A DNA stretch of 64,000 bases, from NCBI GenBank assembly GCA_951406725.2, contig OX597823.1, positions 50,220,001 through 50,284,000 on the forward strand, in the 5' to 3' direction. A model generated the notes under the pieces. That model was given only the letters and a program-made list of their open reading frames with translations, had not been told where the DNA came from and did no database searches. Numbering within the stretch: position 1 is the first letter of the stretch; the number at the start of each line of letters is the position of its first letter. Made by a program: the position numbers and the translations under genes. Origin of the DNA: Octopus vulgaris (lineage: Eukaryota). Shown here one piece after another: positions 50,914-64,000 of the stretch.

Positions 50914-51076
50914 GGCGCAGGAGTGGCTGTGTGGTAAGTAGCTTCCTTACCAACCATATGGTTCCGGGTTCATTCCCACTGCGTGGCACCTTGGGCAAGT
51001 CTTTTACTATAGCCTCGGGCCGACCAATGCCTTGTGAGTGGATTTGGTAGACGGAAACTGAAAGAAGCTCGTCGTA

Positions 51077-51137
<61 letters not shown>

Positions 51138-51356
51138 ATATGTTTGTGTATCTGCGTTTGTCCCCTCAACATCGCTTGACAACCGATGGTGGTGTGTTTA
51201 CGTCCCCGTAACTTAGCGGTTCGGCAAAAGACACCGATAGAATAAGTACTAGGCTTCCAAAAGAATAAGTCCTGGGCTTCGATTTGCTCGAGTAAAGGTG
51301 GTGCTCCAGCATGGCCGCAGTCAAATGACTGAAACAAGTAAAAGAGAATCAAAGAG
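50914..51356 (+). mobile_element. SINE family A, full length (reference copy)
   Basis: tRNA-like head with A box TGGCTGTGTGG and a B-box-like GGTTCATTCCC; caccttgggcaagt CORE-like segment; internal (TA)n(TG)n; tail hairpin cagtcaaatgactg. Confidence 0.93.
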
Positions 51357-51629
51357 TCTTCTGTCAATTGATGTCATGATTCTTTCTAACAAATATAATA
51401 ATGCATAAACGCTTAATTCCGAGGTGCCTATATGGACCGGGTAACTGAAAACGACTTAAAGGATCGATGCAGTTGTTTGTATCTAGAAGACGTAGTTTCC
51501 TTTGCTCGACTCGCAGCTAAACAAATCCAATAAAAAAAATAATAAAACTGGCAAAATGTAAAGAATTAAAATGTGGTCCAATCTGCTGGTCAGTTCTCCC
51601 TACTTTTCTCAAACATTCGTAGACTATGG

Positions 51630-52700
51630 TTTAACCTAAACACAATACATCACATCGTGCCAAGAAGCGAACCGCACTTCCCTTTCCATCTCTACTGCCC
51701 TGGTAATAATCTGTTCGCAAATATGAATCGGAAAGTTGTCTGTACATCTTGAGCAATGCAGCACTCATTTTCATTCCACTTACTTCTTTCATATGTCTAC
51801 CAACAATACAGTCTTTCAGGTACTCTGGCTCGAAATTTCTCTTTCTCCACGCATCTGAATACACCTGCTTTCTTTATCGCTCTTCTAACACTTCTAGCCT
51901 TCAATAACTCTTCGACGATTTCTATTTTGGCATCGAATATATCTATTTAACTTTAACACTAGCTGAAGTGACTGTCCTCATTGACTCAATGTTCACAACA
52001 CGTTGGTTCTCGTAACTGCCCTTCACCAATGTTACTGGTATCTAAACCAAATCTTTTGCAATCCTGAACTATATAAAGTAATAATTTTCATCCCCAAAAC
52101 GCATCTTTTATCAACACTTGTACATTTAAAATACCTTAATTTCTTTTACACTTCCAAACCCGGCCTTTACGAAACTAACTCTGAATTTCTACCCATCGAC
52201 AACTGCTTTAACACGGTGACCCACCAAATATCCACATACTGTGCAGTGCTCAATCTTAATGAGTCTTCAAGTATTCTAATCGCGGAAGCTCCATCATTTC
52301 TACGGTAATCATAACCGGCAACGTATTTGCTTCATCCTTGATCCACCAGAAACAGCTAAGCAAATCAATGAAACCATACTCTTAGACCTGTTCTTCTAAG
52401 TCAAGAACACAATCAAAACACATAACTTCTCTCATATTTGTTCGTAGCCACTTTGCAGCAGCACAAGTAAAGAAAACAGTCGACAGTGATTAGAAACCCA
52501 CCCCATTTCCTAGAAAGTAGAAACTTTAATCCAGTGCTGCAAATCTTGTTGAACATCCTTCGAAATGAAGAGGTTCTTTTATATAGCGTATACCGCGAAT
52601 ATTCCCTCTTTCCAAGTTGCACATGATCATTGTTGGCTCTTAAGAAAAAATCCTCAACAACTTGGCAGTAACCCACATTTCCCAATCATGATGGCTCTGT
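51630..52700 (-). mobile_element. Highly decayed LINE-like coding relic, family uncertain
   Basis: Coding-like composition; GSAVRFLARCDVLCL resembles a LINE ORF2 C-terminus; no decisive motif. Confidence 0.3.
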
Positions 52701-52844
52701 AAAGAGTTTTTTTTACCGGAGAACGTTTCATCACATCAGGTAAAACTCCTCCAAACTTTCCTTTTCATTCCATTATGGCGGAACAAGATTTCTCGTTACC
52801 CACGGTCAAAGACCCTTTTTTGCATACCCATCTGAATTTCTTTC

Positions 52845-53268
52845 TGCTATAAGCATAAAGCCTGAAATTTTGGGGAAGGGGGCTAATCGATAACATCGAT
52901 CTCAGTGTTAAATTGGTGTTTATTTTATCGGCCCTAAAAGGATGAAAGACAAAGGTGACCTTGGTGGTATTTGAACTCAGAAGTAAAGTCGAAGAAATGC
53001 CGCTATGCATTTTGTCCGGCGTGTTTACAATTCTGTTAACTTGCCGCCTTACATCCATCTAAATTGCTTTCAAATTTTAGCACATGGCCAGCAATAGATT
53101 ACATTGACCTCCCCCCCTCGTGTTCAACTGGTAATTATTTTATCGATCCAGAAAGGATGAAAAGCAAAGTTGACCTCGGCAGAATTTGAACTCAGAATAT
53201 AAAGACAAAAGAAATGCCGCTATGCGGTTTTCCCGGCGCGTTTATGATTCTGTTAACTCGCCGCCCTT
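52845..53268 (-). mobile_element. Two tandem older SINE B copies
   Basis: Each ends ...aact(t/c)gccgcc(c)ttacatcca on plus. Confidence 0.8.
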
Positions 53269-53744
53269 ACATCCACTTCAATTAATTGCTATTAAAGGTC
53301 AGAAGAAATTTTGCACTCTTCATGCGTGTCTTCGAGGAAATCTTCTACCCTCGCCTCCACCTTTTACTACGTCTCTACCATTCAACTAGACTTCTCATCT
53401 CTTTAATTCCCAGACCCCCTCCCACCTGTAGTTTATTGTTTATGGGATTATATAGCCTCATGGTACCCACAATTTCCGACTTTGTCGCCCCCCCCACCCC
53501 ACCAAAAAAAGAAGGAAAATCTTCCGCTGAAACTCAGTTACTCTGCTAGCTCTTTCTTTCGCCTAAAACACACTTCCTCTGAATTTATAAACATTTCACA
53601 TAAAACCTCATTTCTATCCATGCACCCACACATATTTTGATACGACCCACTACAACCGCACATCCATACACTATTGTGCGTTTCTCATACCACACACACA
53701 CACACACGCATATTATGGGGCCGGGCTCCAAACAGGGCTGTGGC

Positions 53745-54150
53745 AACAGAGTCCACCCCTTACACTTTTCGGTCCAACATCACTGCCTAGAGGTCCTGGA
53801 TACATACCAGGCCAGTGTATGTCACCAAGTTGTCGATGTAAGTGTGACGACGGTTTTCTCTTATTACCTCACCACGATGTGGGTTCTACAAGAATAATTT
53901 GGATGCTTGCAGTTCGGTGTGACGCACGCTATGGCCAGATAGTCGCAGCCGTATTTGTCTGATCTTCTCGCTAACTTTCGGCAAATAAATTCATTTGTCA
54001 TATGTTGCTACCATTCGGACCATTCGAGTCATTCGTAGCATCTTTGTGTATCGTCCATCTGGTCCGTTCGGTAATTTCTTTGTCAGTGTCTTTGTTGGAT
54101 TACTATATAATATCACCTTGTTTGTTGGCAATTGTATTAGGTTATGCAAT
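53745..54150 (-). mobile_element. RTE/RTE-X-type LINE ORF 3' end, decayed
   Basis: Manual translation: TLTKKL..DGRYTKMLRM..QHMTNE..KVSEKIRQIRLRLSGHSVRHTELQASKLFL..TYIDNL..TGL..MLDRK. Confidence 0.78.
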
Positions 54151-54224
54151 GCGGCAGTCTATAGACAATAGTCATACTACACACATGTAGTGTCTAACAT
54201 ATGTATCAATTAATATTCTTCATA

Positions 54225-54389
54225 GGCGTAGGAGCGGTTGTGTGGTAAGTAGCTTGCTTACCAACTACATGGTTCCGGGTTCAGTCCCACTGCGTGGCAC
54301 CTTGGGCAAGTGTCTTCTACTATAGCCTCGGGCCGACCAAAGCCTTGTGAGTGGTAGACGGAAACTGAAAGAAGCCCGTCGTATATATG

Positions 54390-54421
<32 letters not shown>

Positions 54422-54635
54422 ATTATGTTTGTGTGTCTGTGTTTGTCCCCAACATCGCTTGACAACCGATGCTGGTGAGTTTACGTTCCCGTAACTTAGC
54501 GGTTCGACAAAAGAGACCGATAGAATAAGTGCTAGGCATACAAAAAATAAGTCCTGGGGTAGATTTGCTCGACTAAAGGTGGTGCTCCAGCATGGCCACA
54601 GTCAAATGACTGAAACAAGTAAAAGAGTAAAAGAG
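54225..54635 (+). mobile_element. SINE family A, full length
   Basis: Consensus match with the (TAAAAGAG)n tail. Confidence 0.93.
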
Positions 54636-54674
54636 TTTTGATAACGAACATAACTGTGATGCTAAGTGACGTTA

Positions 54675-54972
54675 GTGAAGGCGCGTGGTTTTGTGCTTGG
54701 GGTATTCGGCTCGCTATCGTAAGGTTGTGAGTTCGATTCCTGCCGGTGCTATTTCATGTTGCTGCAGTCGACTTGGCTGAAAAAAAAGTGAATTGTACAT
54801 TCATTTCAAACGGCCAGCCTTGTCACATTCCGTGTCGCGCTGAATCTTCCTGAGAACTTCATTAAGGTTACGCGTGTTTGTGGAGTTCTCAGCCACTTGC
54901 ACGTTAATTTCCCGAGCAGGCTGTTCCGTTGATCAGTTCAACTGGAATTACTCATCGTCGTAACCGACGGAG
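54675..54972 (+). mobile_element. SINE family C, tail type 2
   Basis: Head gtgaaggcgcgtgg...gagttcgattcc; imperfect TSD taagtga(cg/ta)tta. Confidence 0.8.
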
Positions 54973-55719
54973 TAAGTGATATTATCACACAATCATCAAG
55001 TTAACAAATAACATTTGTTAATGATTCATGTCCGTCCTTGAACTAAGCAACAACAATAGACATGCAGTTAAAAGGCTGGATACCGTAGATACAACATATC
55101 TAGACTGTCGGGTTGCATCCCTTGTTATTAACTGTGCTCATCAGAATAAATAATACGGTTCCTATCTACAGGGAAATGTAGCAGGATTTGTGTATCACCC
55201 TTAATTGTCTCACTGACCACTTGCGTGATATGAGCTAAAGCTGACATCACGAACGACTATTCAAGCAATTAAAAATGAGTTAACGATTTCTCATAAGAAC
55301 ATGTAACCTGAGATTTTAATTGAAATTAACAGAGAAGTTAGGAACCTTGAGTAAAATTCTCGTATTAAATGACAGTAAAACATCTGACTACAATACTTTA
55401 AAAGGAAAGACGTCATTCTGAGAAAAATTGCAACTGAAATTCTTTAATTTTTTATGAAAACATCGTTATATAGGTGCAGGAGTGGCTGTGTTGTAAGTAG
55501 CTTGCTAACCAACCACAGTAAGTACTATAACTGTGACGTCACAATCAATATTTACCGTGTCCCGTCAATAACATTGGATATAATTTGTTGGTTAGTAAAT
55601 GTTGCTGACACTTTTCGCTGGATCTAAACTACAAGCATATATGCATATATATGTATATATATATATATATATATGTGTATATATATATATGTTTTTGCAT
55701 ATACATATATACATATATT

Positions 55720-55781
<62 letters not shown>

Positions 55782-55810
55782 CATATCTTATGTGTATGTG
55801 TATGTGAATG

Positions 55811-55842
<32 letters not shown>

Positions 55843-55878
55843 AAGGCTATTAATAATATAGAGAGTTGGTGGAAGCGC

Positions 55879-56120
55879 TTAAGGCGGCGAGCTGGCAGAA
55901 ACGTTAGCGAGCCGGGCGAAATGCATAGCCGTATTTCGTCTGCCGCTACGTTCTGAGTTCAAATTCCGCCGAGGTCGACTTTGCCTTTCATCCTTTCGAG
56001 GTCAAAAAATTAATTACCCGTTACGCACTGGGGTCGATGTAATCGACTTAATCCGTTTTGTCTGTCCTTGTTTGTCCCCTCAGTGTTTAGCCCCTTGTGG
56101 GTAGTAAAAAAAAAAAAAAT
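55879..56120 (+). mobile_element. SINE family B (young, Tx1-like tail, poly-A) inserted into the head of a SINE C
   Basis: 15-bp TSD agttggtggaagcgc (55864-55878 and 56121-56135); the SINE C continues to ~56355. Confidence 0.92.
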
Positions 56121-56955
56121 AGTTGGTGGAAGCGCATGACTTAATTCATCAGAGGTGTTGAACTCATGATAGTAAGATTGTGATTTCGATCTCAGGACTT
56201 GGTGATGCGTTGTGTTCTTGAGTAAAACACTTCATTTCACGTTGCTCCAGTCTACTTAACAGGTAAAAAATGAGAATTCCTATGACGAACCGGCGTCTCG
56301 TCCAGTTGGGGAGTAGTATATACGCCAGAGAATCCGGGAAAGCTGCCCTATGGGTCTATATAATTCTGGAAGAAGCTGCTTTAGGGTGGCGAGCTGGCTT
56401 GCCAGGCAAAATGCTTAGTGGAATTTCGTCCGTCTTTACGTTCTGGGTTCAAATTCCGTCGAGGTCGACCTTGCCTTTCATTCTTTCGAGGTCGAAAAAA
56501 TAAGTACCAGTTGAACAATAGATACTGTAATCGACTTAGCCCCATCCCCGAAATTGCTGGCCTTGTGCCAAAATTTGAAAGCAATACTACAGGACATAAA
56601 GTGAGTGTGAATTTTTTACAATCATCGAAGGAATCAATCTTACTATTATTTTCCATGTATAAAAGTGTTCTGCTTTACATTTCATCATTTATTCATTTAT
56701 TTTATCCGTTTTAAACACAGTCTCAGTTTCTTGTACATTATATTAACTTCTACTTCATATCTTCAACGATCCGGAACATCTAATACTGATATGTTTCACT
56801 GACTTTTTTTTATCGAATCTATTCATAAACCGACTCTGTACAATTTTGGAAATTATAAGATTATAGTTCAGATGAATTAAGATGTTGTGGCCTTCAATTC
56901 TTTCTTAGGAATTTTAACTGTTAAGACGAAGAAATGTGGTAACCTCAGCTTACTC

Positions 56956-57027
56956 TCTTGATTAAGTAGACCTAATATCGAAGACCGCATGCCACGAGTC
57001 TTCGATGTTAGGTCTGGTTCATCAAGA
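56956..57027 (+). other. 72-nt hairpin (30-bp stem, 12-nt loop), pre-miRNA-like or a MITE relic
   Basis: tcttgattaagtagacctaatatcgaagac pairs with gtcttcgatgttaggtctggttcatcaaga: 26 Watson-Crick pairs, 2 G-U pairs, 2 mismatches. Confidence 0.6.
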
Positions 57028-57391
57028 TAGGCTTAAGACTAAACCACGATAAAAAGAAAAAAAAATTAACATTGATATTTCATATCAGAGGAAATTAAAT
57101 CTTGGAAAATTATTTCCCTTTTTCTTTAAGATTCTAACTTTAACCACTGGCTTTATTTTTCTAACAACAAGGAAATTCTTAATTTATTTTGAATTATCTT
57201 CTAATCTAATAACTTATTCTAATACATTGATTTTCGCTTATAATTCAGCGATATTGCCAGTCCTCAGTATAAATGTGTTCACTGCTAGCCTTCTCACCTC
57301 CAACACCGCAGTCATAGCACTTTTGATTCATTGCCAAACAGATCTCTTTCTATTTTGCAGTATTCCTGCAGAGGAAGTCTCTACATTTATG

Positions 57392-57510
57392 CCCACTTTG
57401 TACCCGAGTTTACATAGCACACTCTGTTAAAACACTTCCCAAGTTTCCCTCCCACTTTGTATTCAAATTTGCATAGCACACACTTTTAAAATGCTTACTA
57501 ACTTCTCCTA
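57392..57510. repeat. Two diverged ~59-bp tandem units
   Basis: cccactttgta...ttt(a/g)catagcacac...ttaaaa occurs twice. Confidence 0.75.
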
Positions 57511-57542
57511 CTTCCCTTCACAAGACGCACTAACATGTATAC

Positions 57543-57793
57543 CAGTGGTTCGCAACCATTTTTCACCTATGGGCCTCTTCGGTCCCTATTTTACTCTGGT
57601 GGACCCTAACAACCATTCGATGTTTTAAAAAATCCTGTTATATTTTTAGATTTAAATATTATAAGGAAATGCATAAAAAATTTAAATATTTGGTGTATCG
57701 TAGAAGTATAAGCAATTTATTGCACATAAATTTTAACAACGAAACCATGTAAGAACCTCCAAAGGTCATGTGGACCCCAGTTGAAAACCTCAG
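57543..57793. mobile_element. hAT-type MITE (third copy, opposite orientation)
   Basis: CAGTGGTTCGCAAC...GTTGAAAACCTCAG ends; perfect 8-bp TSD atgtatac (57535-57542 and 57794-57801). Confidence 0.88.
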
Positions 57794-60574
57794 ATGTATA
57801 CAGACATGTCATATCCAAAAGAAACACCTCCAATCAATACAGATAAACAAAACTACAATCTCTTGCAATCAGTAACCTCTATTATCACCAAGCTTGTTAG
57901 CTTCTGTCTACCTCTCTTTCTCTGAATCTCTCTCCATCTTCAGACACATGCTGCAGTGTGTCTCATATCTAAGAACAAAAACCCATCTAACCAACCGACT
58001 ATGAATCTACTCTTACATCCAACAACTCAGATGATGGAGTCAACCACGTTCTCCAACACCTTGAATTCCTTTTCCTTCTCAATGACCATCACATCTACTG
58101 AAGACCTTCTCTCTTATGTCACTCAACCGTCACCCTCTCCTAAAAGTATAACAAATAAAAGAAATGAAAAACGTAGCTGCATTTAACACCAACAATACGT
58201 TCAATCAAATGTGGTATGCGACTCTACTATGGACTCCATCTGACTCGTCTTTTGAAATGGAAACTTCTTGACAAATTCTGTCATCATAGCCCGTACAGAT
58301 ATAGTTTTCTTAGATATTTTCAGTTGCGGTTACACATTTCATATGCTTTCAGTATTGTTCCAGTTGTTTTCAAATTTGATGGTATGGTTTAGCTTTATAA
58401 ATCAAATTAATTTTTACCATAAATTAATAAGTAAAAAGTCAATAGCTTTTAAAGTTTGCAGATTTTCAATAATTTTAACCACTCGAAGGTCGCCATTATA
58501 CACATGAACGTAAATCTAAGATTAAAGTCTGTTTTCATAATAATGAACAAAACTGTAGTCTGTCCCGTTTACATTGTATCAAGGACGCTATATACGCACC
58601 ATTGTAATACTTTCACCACCGCAACCACCACAAGTTTTGACGATATTTTGTAACAAACAGCTACCACGCAGAAAAGTCGGCTTCCGAATCTTTGTTTTCT
58701 GATTGGCTAAAAATGATCAAACTTTGGAAGCTTTGTAACATTTTTCTAAATTTGGGGGTGGGGGGATAAATTAATCCCAAATTCGGATTCAGTGTGAAAA
58801 GTTACATCAATACACCAAATTTGAAAATGTTCGCTTAATTTTAAAATTTCCAAATCTGTAACAGCAATCAAAAAGATCCGTTTTCTCTGATCCACACCAT
58901 CAAATTTGGTGTACCCAATGGTCTCTTTTTCCCAAATACTTTTTTCCTACACTTACATCAATAAATCACTTGTCATCACTCCACTAACACCCACTAGTAT
59001 ATCACTACTTATTCTTCTCATCAGCACAGACACCAGGCGCCAAACATTCACAATAGGAATCAAACTAATCTTCTATCATTTAACACGACAATCACTACAC
59101 ATATCAAGAAAATCTTATCTTTGGCAAAGTAAATGCAAAGTCTCATATGGTAGCATCACTGAGGATTTTAAAATCCTCAATGATGCTACAATATGAGATT
59201 TTACATTTACTGATTACTTACCCATTTACTGATCACTTATTAATAAAATATCAAAAAAAACACCCTAAAAATGGCCTTTTGTTTCCAACAGTAACTAATT
59301 TTCTATAAATCTTCTGTGTGATACAGGAGTGAATACTGATACCTTATCTGGGAAATTCTGCAAACACATATGAACATACAGTGACCACATTGTAAAAGCA
59401 CACTCGATTGCTTAGCATTGTGTCGCTCATAGAAGCATTATTTTCTCTGACCCACAGACTTGTTTTCAGAACCATAAATGTGCTGTCTCCAATCATTATC
59501 TTTTCAACTATACTACGGTAGATTTTGTTGGACTCCTTTCATTTATACTCAAAGCTGCCAAATTCTCCTTATCTCCTCCCCTCCCATCAACAATATTGTG
59601 TTTACATTTCCAAACTATGCACAAATCTCTATAACCAATCCTTTCTCCATAGAAACGGCAGTCTCCAGAAATTTCTCCTTGCCCATGTTTTGCCTGTCAT
59701 CATAGAACTGCAGTTTTTCAAGAATATCGACCTCATTGATTTCATTGATTTCATTAATCTCACACGCCTGGTAAAGTTTGTTGGCAATGGCTCTTACTCC
59801 TTACAAAACCATTAAAAAAGTTCAAAATAATATTGGAAATGTGATTGTCTTGGTTTTGTTAATGAATGAACTCAAACAAAATTTCTTATAAAGCAATGAA
59901 ACTTGTAAACGGTGTTCTTTTTCTGTTTTCATAAGCTGTTTAGAAGAATCACGGTTTCAGTCACCATTTGTAGATAGTATTCTTCAATTTCGATACGGAA
60001 AATATCATGAAGTTATGTGTTAAGTGATATAAGCACGTACTCATGAATCTAACCGCTAAAATACATATTTACAAATGATTTATGAAGTGAATTGTGGATA
60101 GAGTTTAATAAGAGTTTTATTAAAACAATCACAAGCTGCTCTTCGCGGAAACTGAGCCCACACCAACTGATCTAATCACAAAATTATACAATGTTAATGA
60201 TTTAGAACACGAAGTAAGTGTGGATTTGAACGATTGGCAACTTAAAGTTTCGCTTCCCGTTGACCTATTTCTTAAATGATTATTTTCGGAATAACATCGC
60301 AAGAACCAGTATTATAAATGTAATACTCTACCTTATTCTAGTATGAAAACATACACTAAGACGTCATTGATACAGTAAATTATCGCCAATGGATGAACAG
60401 TGAAAGAAGCATGAATATCTCCTTCTTTCCTTCTTTCCTGAGCGTCCAATAATACAATACTTGTTCCACGTCCTCGCGTTGTTGCGTTTTCTCTTTGTGT
60501 TTTCATGTTTGGATTAACTATATATATATAACGACATCACATATGTCTGTAGAAAATTACAAACAAATGATCAT

Positions 60575-61560
60575 ATATTGGTTTCAAGTTTTGGCACATG
60601 ACCAGCAAATTGGGGGGAAAGAGTTAAGTCGATTACGTCAAAGTCCTGGTTTCAACTGGTGCTTATTTTAACCATCCCGAAAGGATGAAAGGCAAAGTTA
60701 ATCTAGGTGGAATTTGAACTCAGAGCGTGAAGACGAGCGAAATGTCACGAAGCAGTTTGCCCGGCGTGCTAATAATGCAAAAGCACCCTGCAAAGTGCAA
60801 TTGTCAATAAAATAGAAAAACAACTTTAATTTATTCTTTCTGTACATAGGGCCGATATTTTATAGACAATTTCTACTTAGATATAGTTTTGCATTCCAAT
60901 TACGAAATTAAGGAACCATCAATGATTGAACTGTTTTGTAGTTTTTAGCCAGTCAGATGACTCATCCGTTCTCTACACGCAATGTGTGCAACAAACCGGA
61001 AAGTTTCTTAATTAACTATTAAGAATATAACAAAGGTTACACAAAGACCTCACTACCAACTATAAAAATAGATTTCTTTCAGATGTATTTGTGATTTTCG
61101 TAATTGGCATGTAAAAAAACTGAATGTGTGTGGAAATATTCAATAAATCAGAATCAACATTAAACTAAAGTATTGTTTCAAATTTTGGCACAAGGCCAGT
61201 AGTTTGGACAGAGGGAGAGACTAAGTCAATTAATTCAACCCCAGTCCTCAGCTAGCACTTCATCGACCTGAAAAAATGAAAGGCAAAGTCGACCTCGGTA
61301 GCATTTGAACTCAGAACATAATGATGGACAAAATGCCACTATGCATTGTATCCGGCGTGCTAATGATTCTTCCAGTTCGTCGCCTGGTATTACACCAAAT
61401 TATTAAGAAAACCACACGACAAGCTTTCACACAGTTTCCGTCTACCAAATCCATTCACAAGGCATTAAGTTGCTGGGGCTAGAGTAGAAGACACTAGACC
61501 AAGGTGTCACGTAGTGGGACTGAACCCGAAATCACTTGGTTGAAAAGCCAGCTTCTAAAC
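60575..61560 (-). mobile_element. Cluster of older SINE B copies (60575-60770, 61170-61385) and a SINE A head (61420-61560)
   Basis: Reverse-complement consensus matches. Confidence 0.75.
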
Positions 61561-62598
61561 TATTTATCTTCTTCAAATTCTTTAAGGAAAACAACTATGA
61601 CGTCACAATGAATGCTCTTAATTTCAAGTTTTGTTCGAATAGTAAAATATGGTTCAAAGACATTGTGAATTTGTACTCCTCACCGCTCTGTCAAGTCATT
61701 AACAGTGAAGTTAAAATAAAGTATGATCTCATCTCTGTTGTAAACAGCGTTGGTCTAATAATTCGAATTATAACCTTCAAATTCCTTAACGACTAACTGT
61801 TACGTCACAACCAATGTTCTCTCTTGAAACTATTATTTCATTTCCGAAAATAATTCAAGTTTGTTGTGTAGCAAATGTTGGCACACATCGCTGGATCTAT
61901 CCATTAAAAATACAAAATGTTACTAATGATTTTCAAGTTTTCTTTTTTATTATTACGACACTAAGCAAACAGAATCGTTTAATTACGACACTAAGCAAAC
62001 AGAATCTTTAGCACGCCGGACAAAATGTTTGTTGGCATTTCTTTCGGTTTTACATCCTGAGTTTAAATATCGAGGAGTTCGACTTCGTCTTTCATCCTGA
62101 AAGGATGAAAGGTGGAGTACCGGGTACTGGAGTCGTTATAATTGGCTACCCCTTCCCACCCTACAAAATTTCAGGTCATGAAATTTCGAAAAAAAAAAAA
62201 AAAAAAGTGTGTCAGTATGTATGTGTACACGCTTAATATTTTTCTTTTTACATCAAATTCTAATATAATCATAATTTATACACTCTGAAAAGTATCTTCA
62301 CAAAATTTCATCAAAAAAATATCCATTTTTTTGAAAGTTATGCGGAAGCAAAACCAACTCCTGTAAATTTTCTGAAACTCATTTTTCCACTCACAGAAAA
62401 TAACCTTTTTACAACCAATTCCGATACAATCAGAATCTACAACATCTGAAGTGTATTTTTCTCGAAGTTATGAGGAAACAACATCGGGTATGGGCGGGGG
62501 CACACACGTGAAAGAATACCTAATACGTTATATCAATGTAATGAGCATGACCCCGTGCCGTCAAAAATGACGGCTAATTGTAGCATTTTATATATAAA

Positions 62599-62993
62599 CT
62601 AGCAGTATCGCCCGGCGTTGCTCGGGTTTGTAAGGGAAATAACTATATAAGCATTTTTAGAGATGTAAAGTATAATAGCCATCTCAATATGGTTAACCAC
62701 AAAGGGGGGTGTTACTGTAGCTTTTTACGTTCTGAGATTTAATAATAAACTTTTAGAGAGTTACTTCCCTTATATATGCCAAAAATGCATTAAAAATGGG
62801 AAACATTGATGGTAATTTTTTTTTTAAATCGTAAACTCATCGTAGACGCGCGCTAATACCCAGAAGGGCTCGATATGAATCACAACTATAAGATACCCGG
62901 TTTTGGTTAAACTGCACCGCAAAATGTGGGAGTAGTTAGGAATCTAAATCGTAGGAGACAGACAGCACACAACCTTACTTTTATATATAAAGA
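62599..62993 (-). mobile_element. Non-autonomous Helitron, second copy
   Basis: Minus strand reads A|TC...CCCGAGCAACGCCGGGCGATACTGCTAG|T; homologous to 3121-3517. Confidence 0.9.
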
Positions 62994-63192
62994 TATGAAT
63001 GGTAAATCAAATTAACATACTTGTCAATGTTCACATACATTCCCTTGTACACGCATACACATACACACATATACTCAGAGTTGAAACGCTGTTTGATTTT
63101 TCTTTTCAGCATTGAATGTTCACCATCCCACCAATTTGCCATCACCCCTTCTTTCCTTATTCATCTATCATCCAGTCCTTTCTCATTCATAT

Positions 63193-63386
63193 ACTCTTAC
63201 TCTTTTACTTATTTCAGTCATTTGACTGTGGCTATGCTGGAGCACCGCCTTTAGTTGAGGAAATCGACCCCAGGACTTATTCTTTGTAAGCCTAGTACTT
63301 ATTCTATCGGTCTCTTTTGTCGAACCGCTAAGTTACGGTGACGTAAACACACCAGCATCGGTTGTCAAGCGATGTTGTGAGGACAA

Positions 63387-63429
<43 letters not shown>

Positions 63430-63608
63430 TACATATACATATATACGACGGACGTCTTTCTGTTTCCGTCAACCAAATCCACTCACAAGGCTTTGATCGG
63501 CCCGAGGCTATAGTAGAAGACACTTGCCCAAGGTGCCACGCAGTGGGACTGAACCCGGAACCATGTGGCTGGTAAGCAAGCTACTTACCACACGGCCACT
63601 CCTACGGC
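63193..63608 (-). mobile_element. SINE family A, full length
   Basis: Reverse complement of the consensus with internal (CA)n. Confidence 0.92.
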
Positions 63609-64000
63609 TATATGTTGTGACGGAGAAAAACTCAAGGGTATTATTATAGTAGATAACATTTTGTATGTTCTCGCCTGGTCGTTCGTCTGATTCCCCAATT
63701 GATTAATCAAAGAACGAAGGAAATTTGAGCAACTCAATAACAACACCAACTGTTACACATTCATATCTGTGTATACGTGCATCCCCACTCTTGGCACTAT
63801 TTAGTAGTGAATAGTACAAACTGTGTGTAAAGTATATAATGTATTACTACGCTGAACGTCGTCGTCCGTGTAACAAGTAAAGATAATAAACACGTAAACA
63901 ATAACAATGGTTTTCATTTGGTTGTCTTTTCCATTAGAACCCAAACTACACATAACACCAACTATTTCAATCGTTTTAGCAATAATTAAAAGCAGAAACA

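Noticed and set aside
60420-60520. Short segments next to (TA)n (also 15590, 27555, 48630) that may be other Penelope pLTR ends
   Set aside because: No ribozyme core or second copy in the window to support the call.

Overview
This is AT-rich, repeat-saturated eukaryotic DNA with no host protein-coding exon that I can support, so it is an intergenic or large intronic region. It is most likely from a coleoid cephalopod (Octopus). That is an inference from three tRNA-derived SINE families resembling those described in octopus, the very dense TA/CA/CATA microsatellites and the TTAGGG-type repeats. Nearly all ORFs in the track are microsatellite translations, SINE read-throughs or transposon fragments. 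Mobile elements recognised: one near-full-length Tx1/L1-type LINE with a TSD plus fragments, CR1, RTE and CRE-like LINE fragments, a decayed Neptune-type Penelope element, a perfect inverted Penelope-like pLTR pair carrying a candidate variant hammerhead ribozyme, two decayed mariners, a hAT transposase relic, hAT, pogo and Merlin-type MITEs, two non-autonomous Helitrons and dozens of SINE copies. The best leads are: (1) the 285-bp inverted repeat with a hammerhead-like fold; (2) Merlin-type MITEs carrying telomeric repeat arrays; (3) a SINE subfamily that shares its 3' tail with the Tx1 LINE; (4) a perfect 276-bp microhomology-flanked templated insertion; (5) a pre-miRNA-like hairpin. I see no clearly new protein-coding system. 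Boundaries were read by eye, and family names need confirmation by database search.
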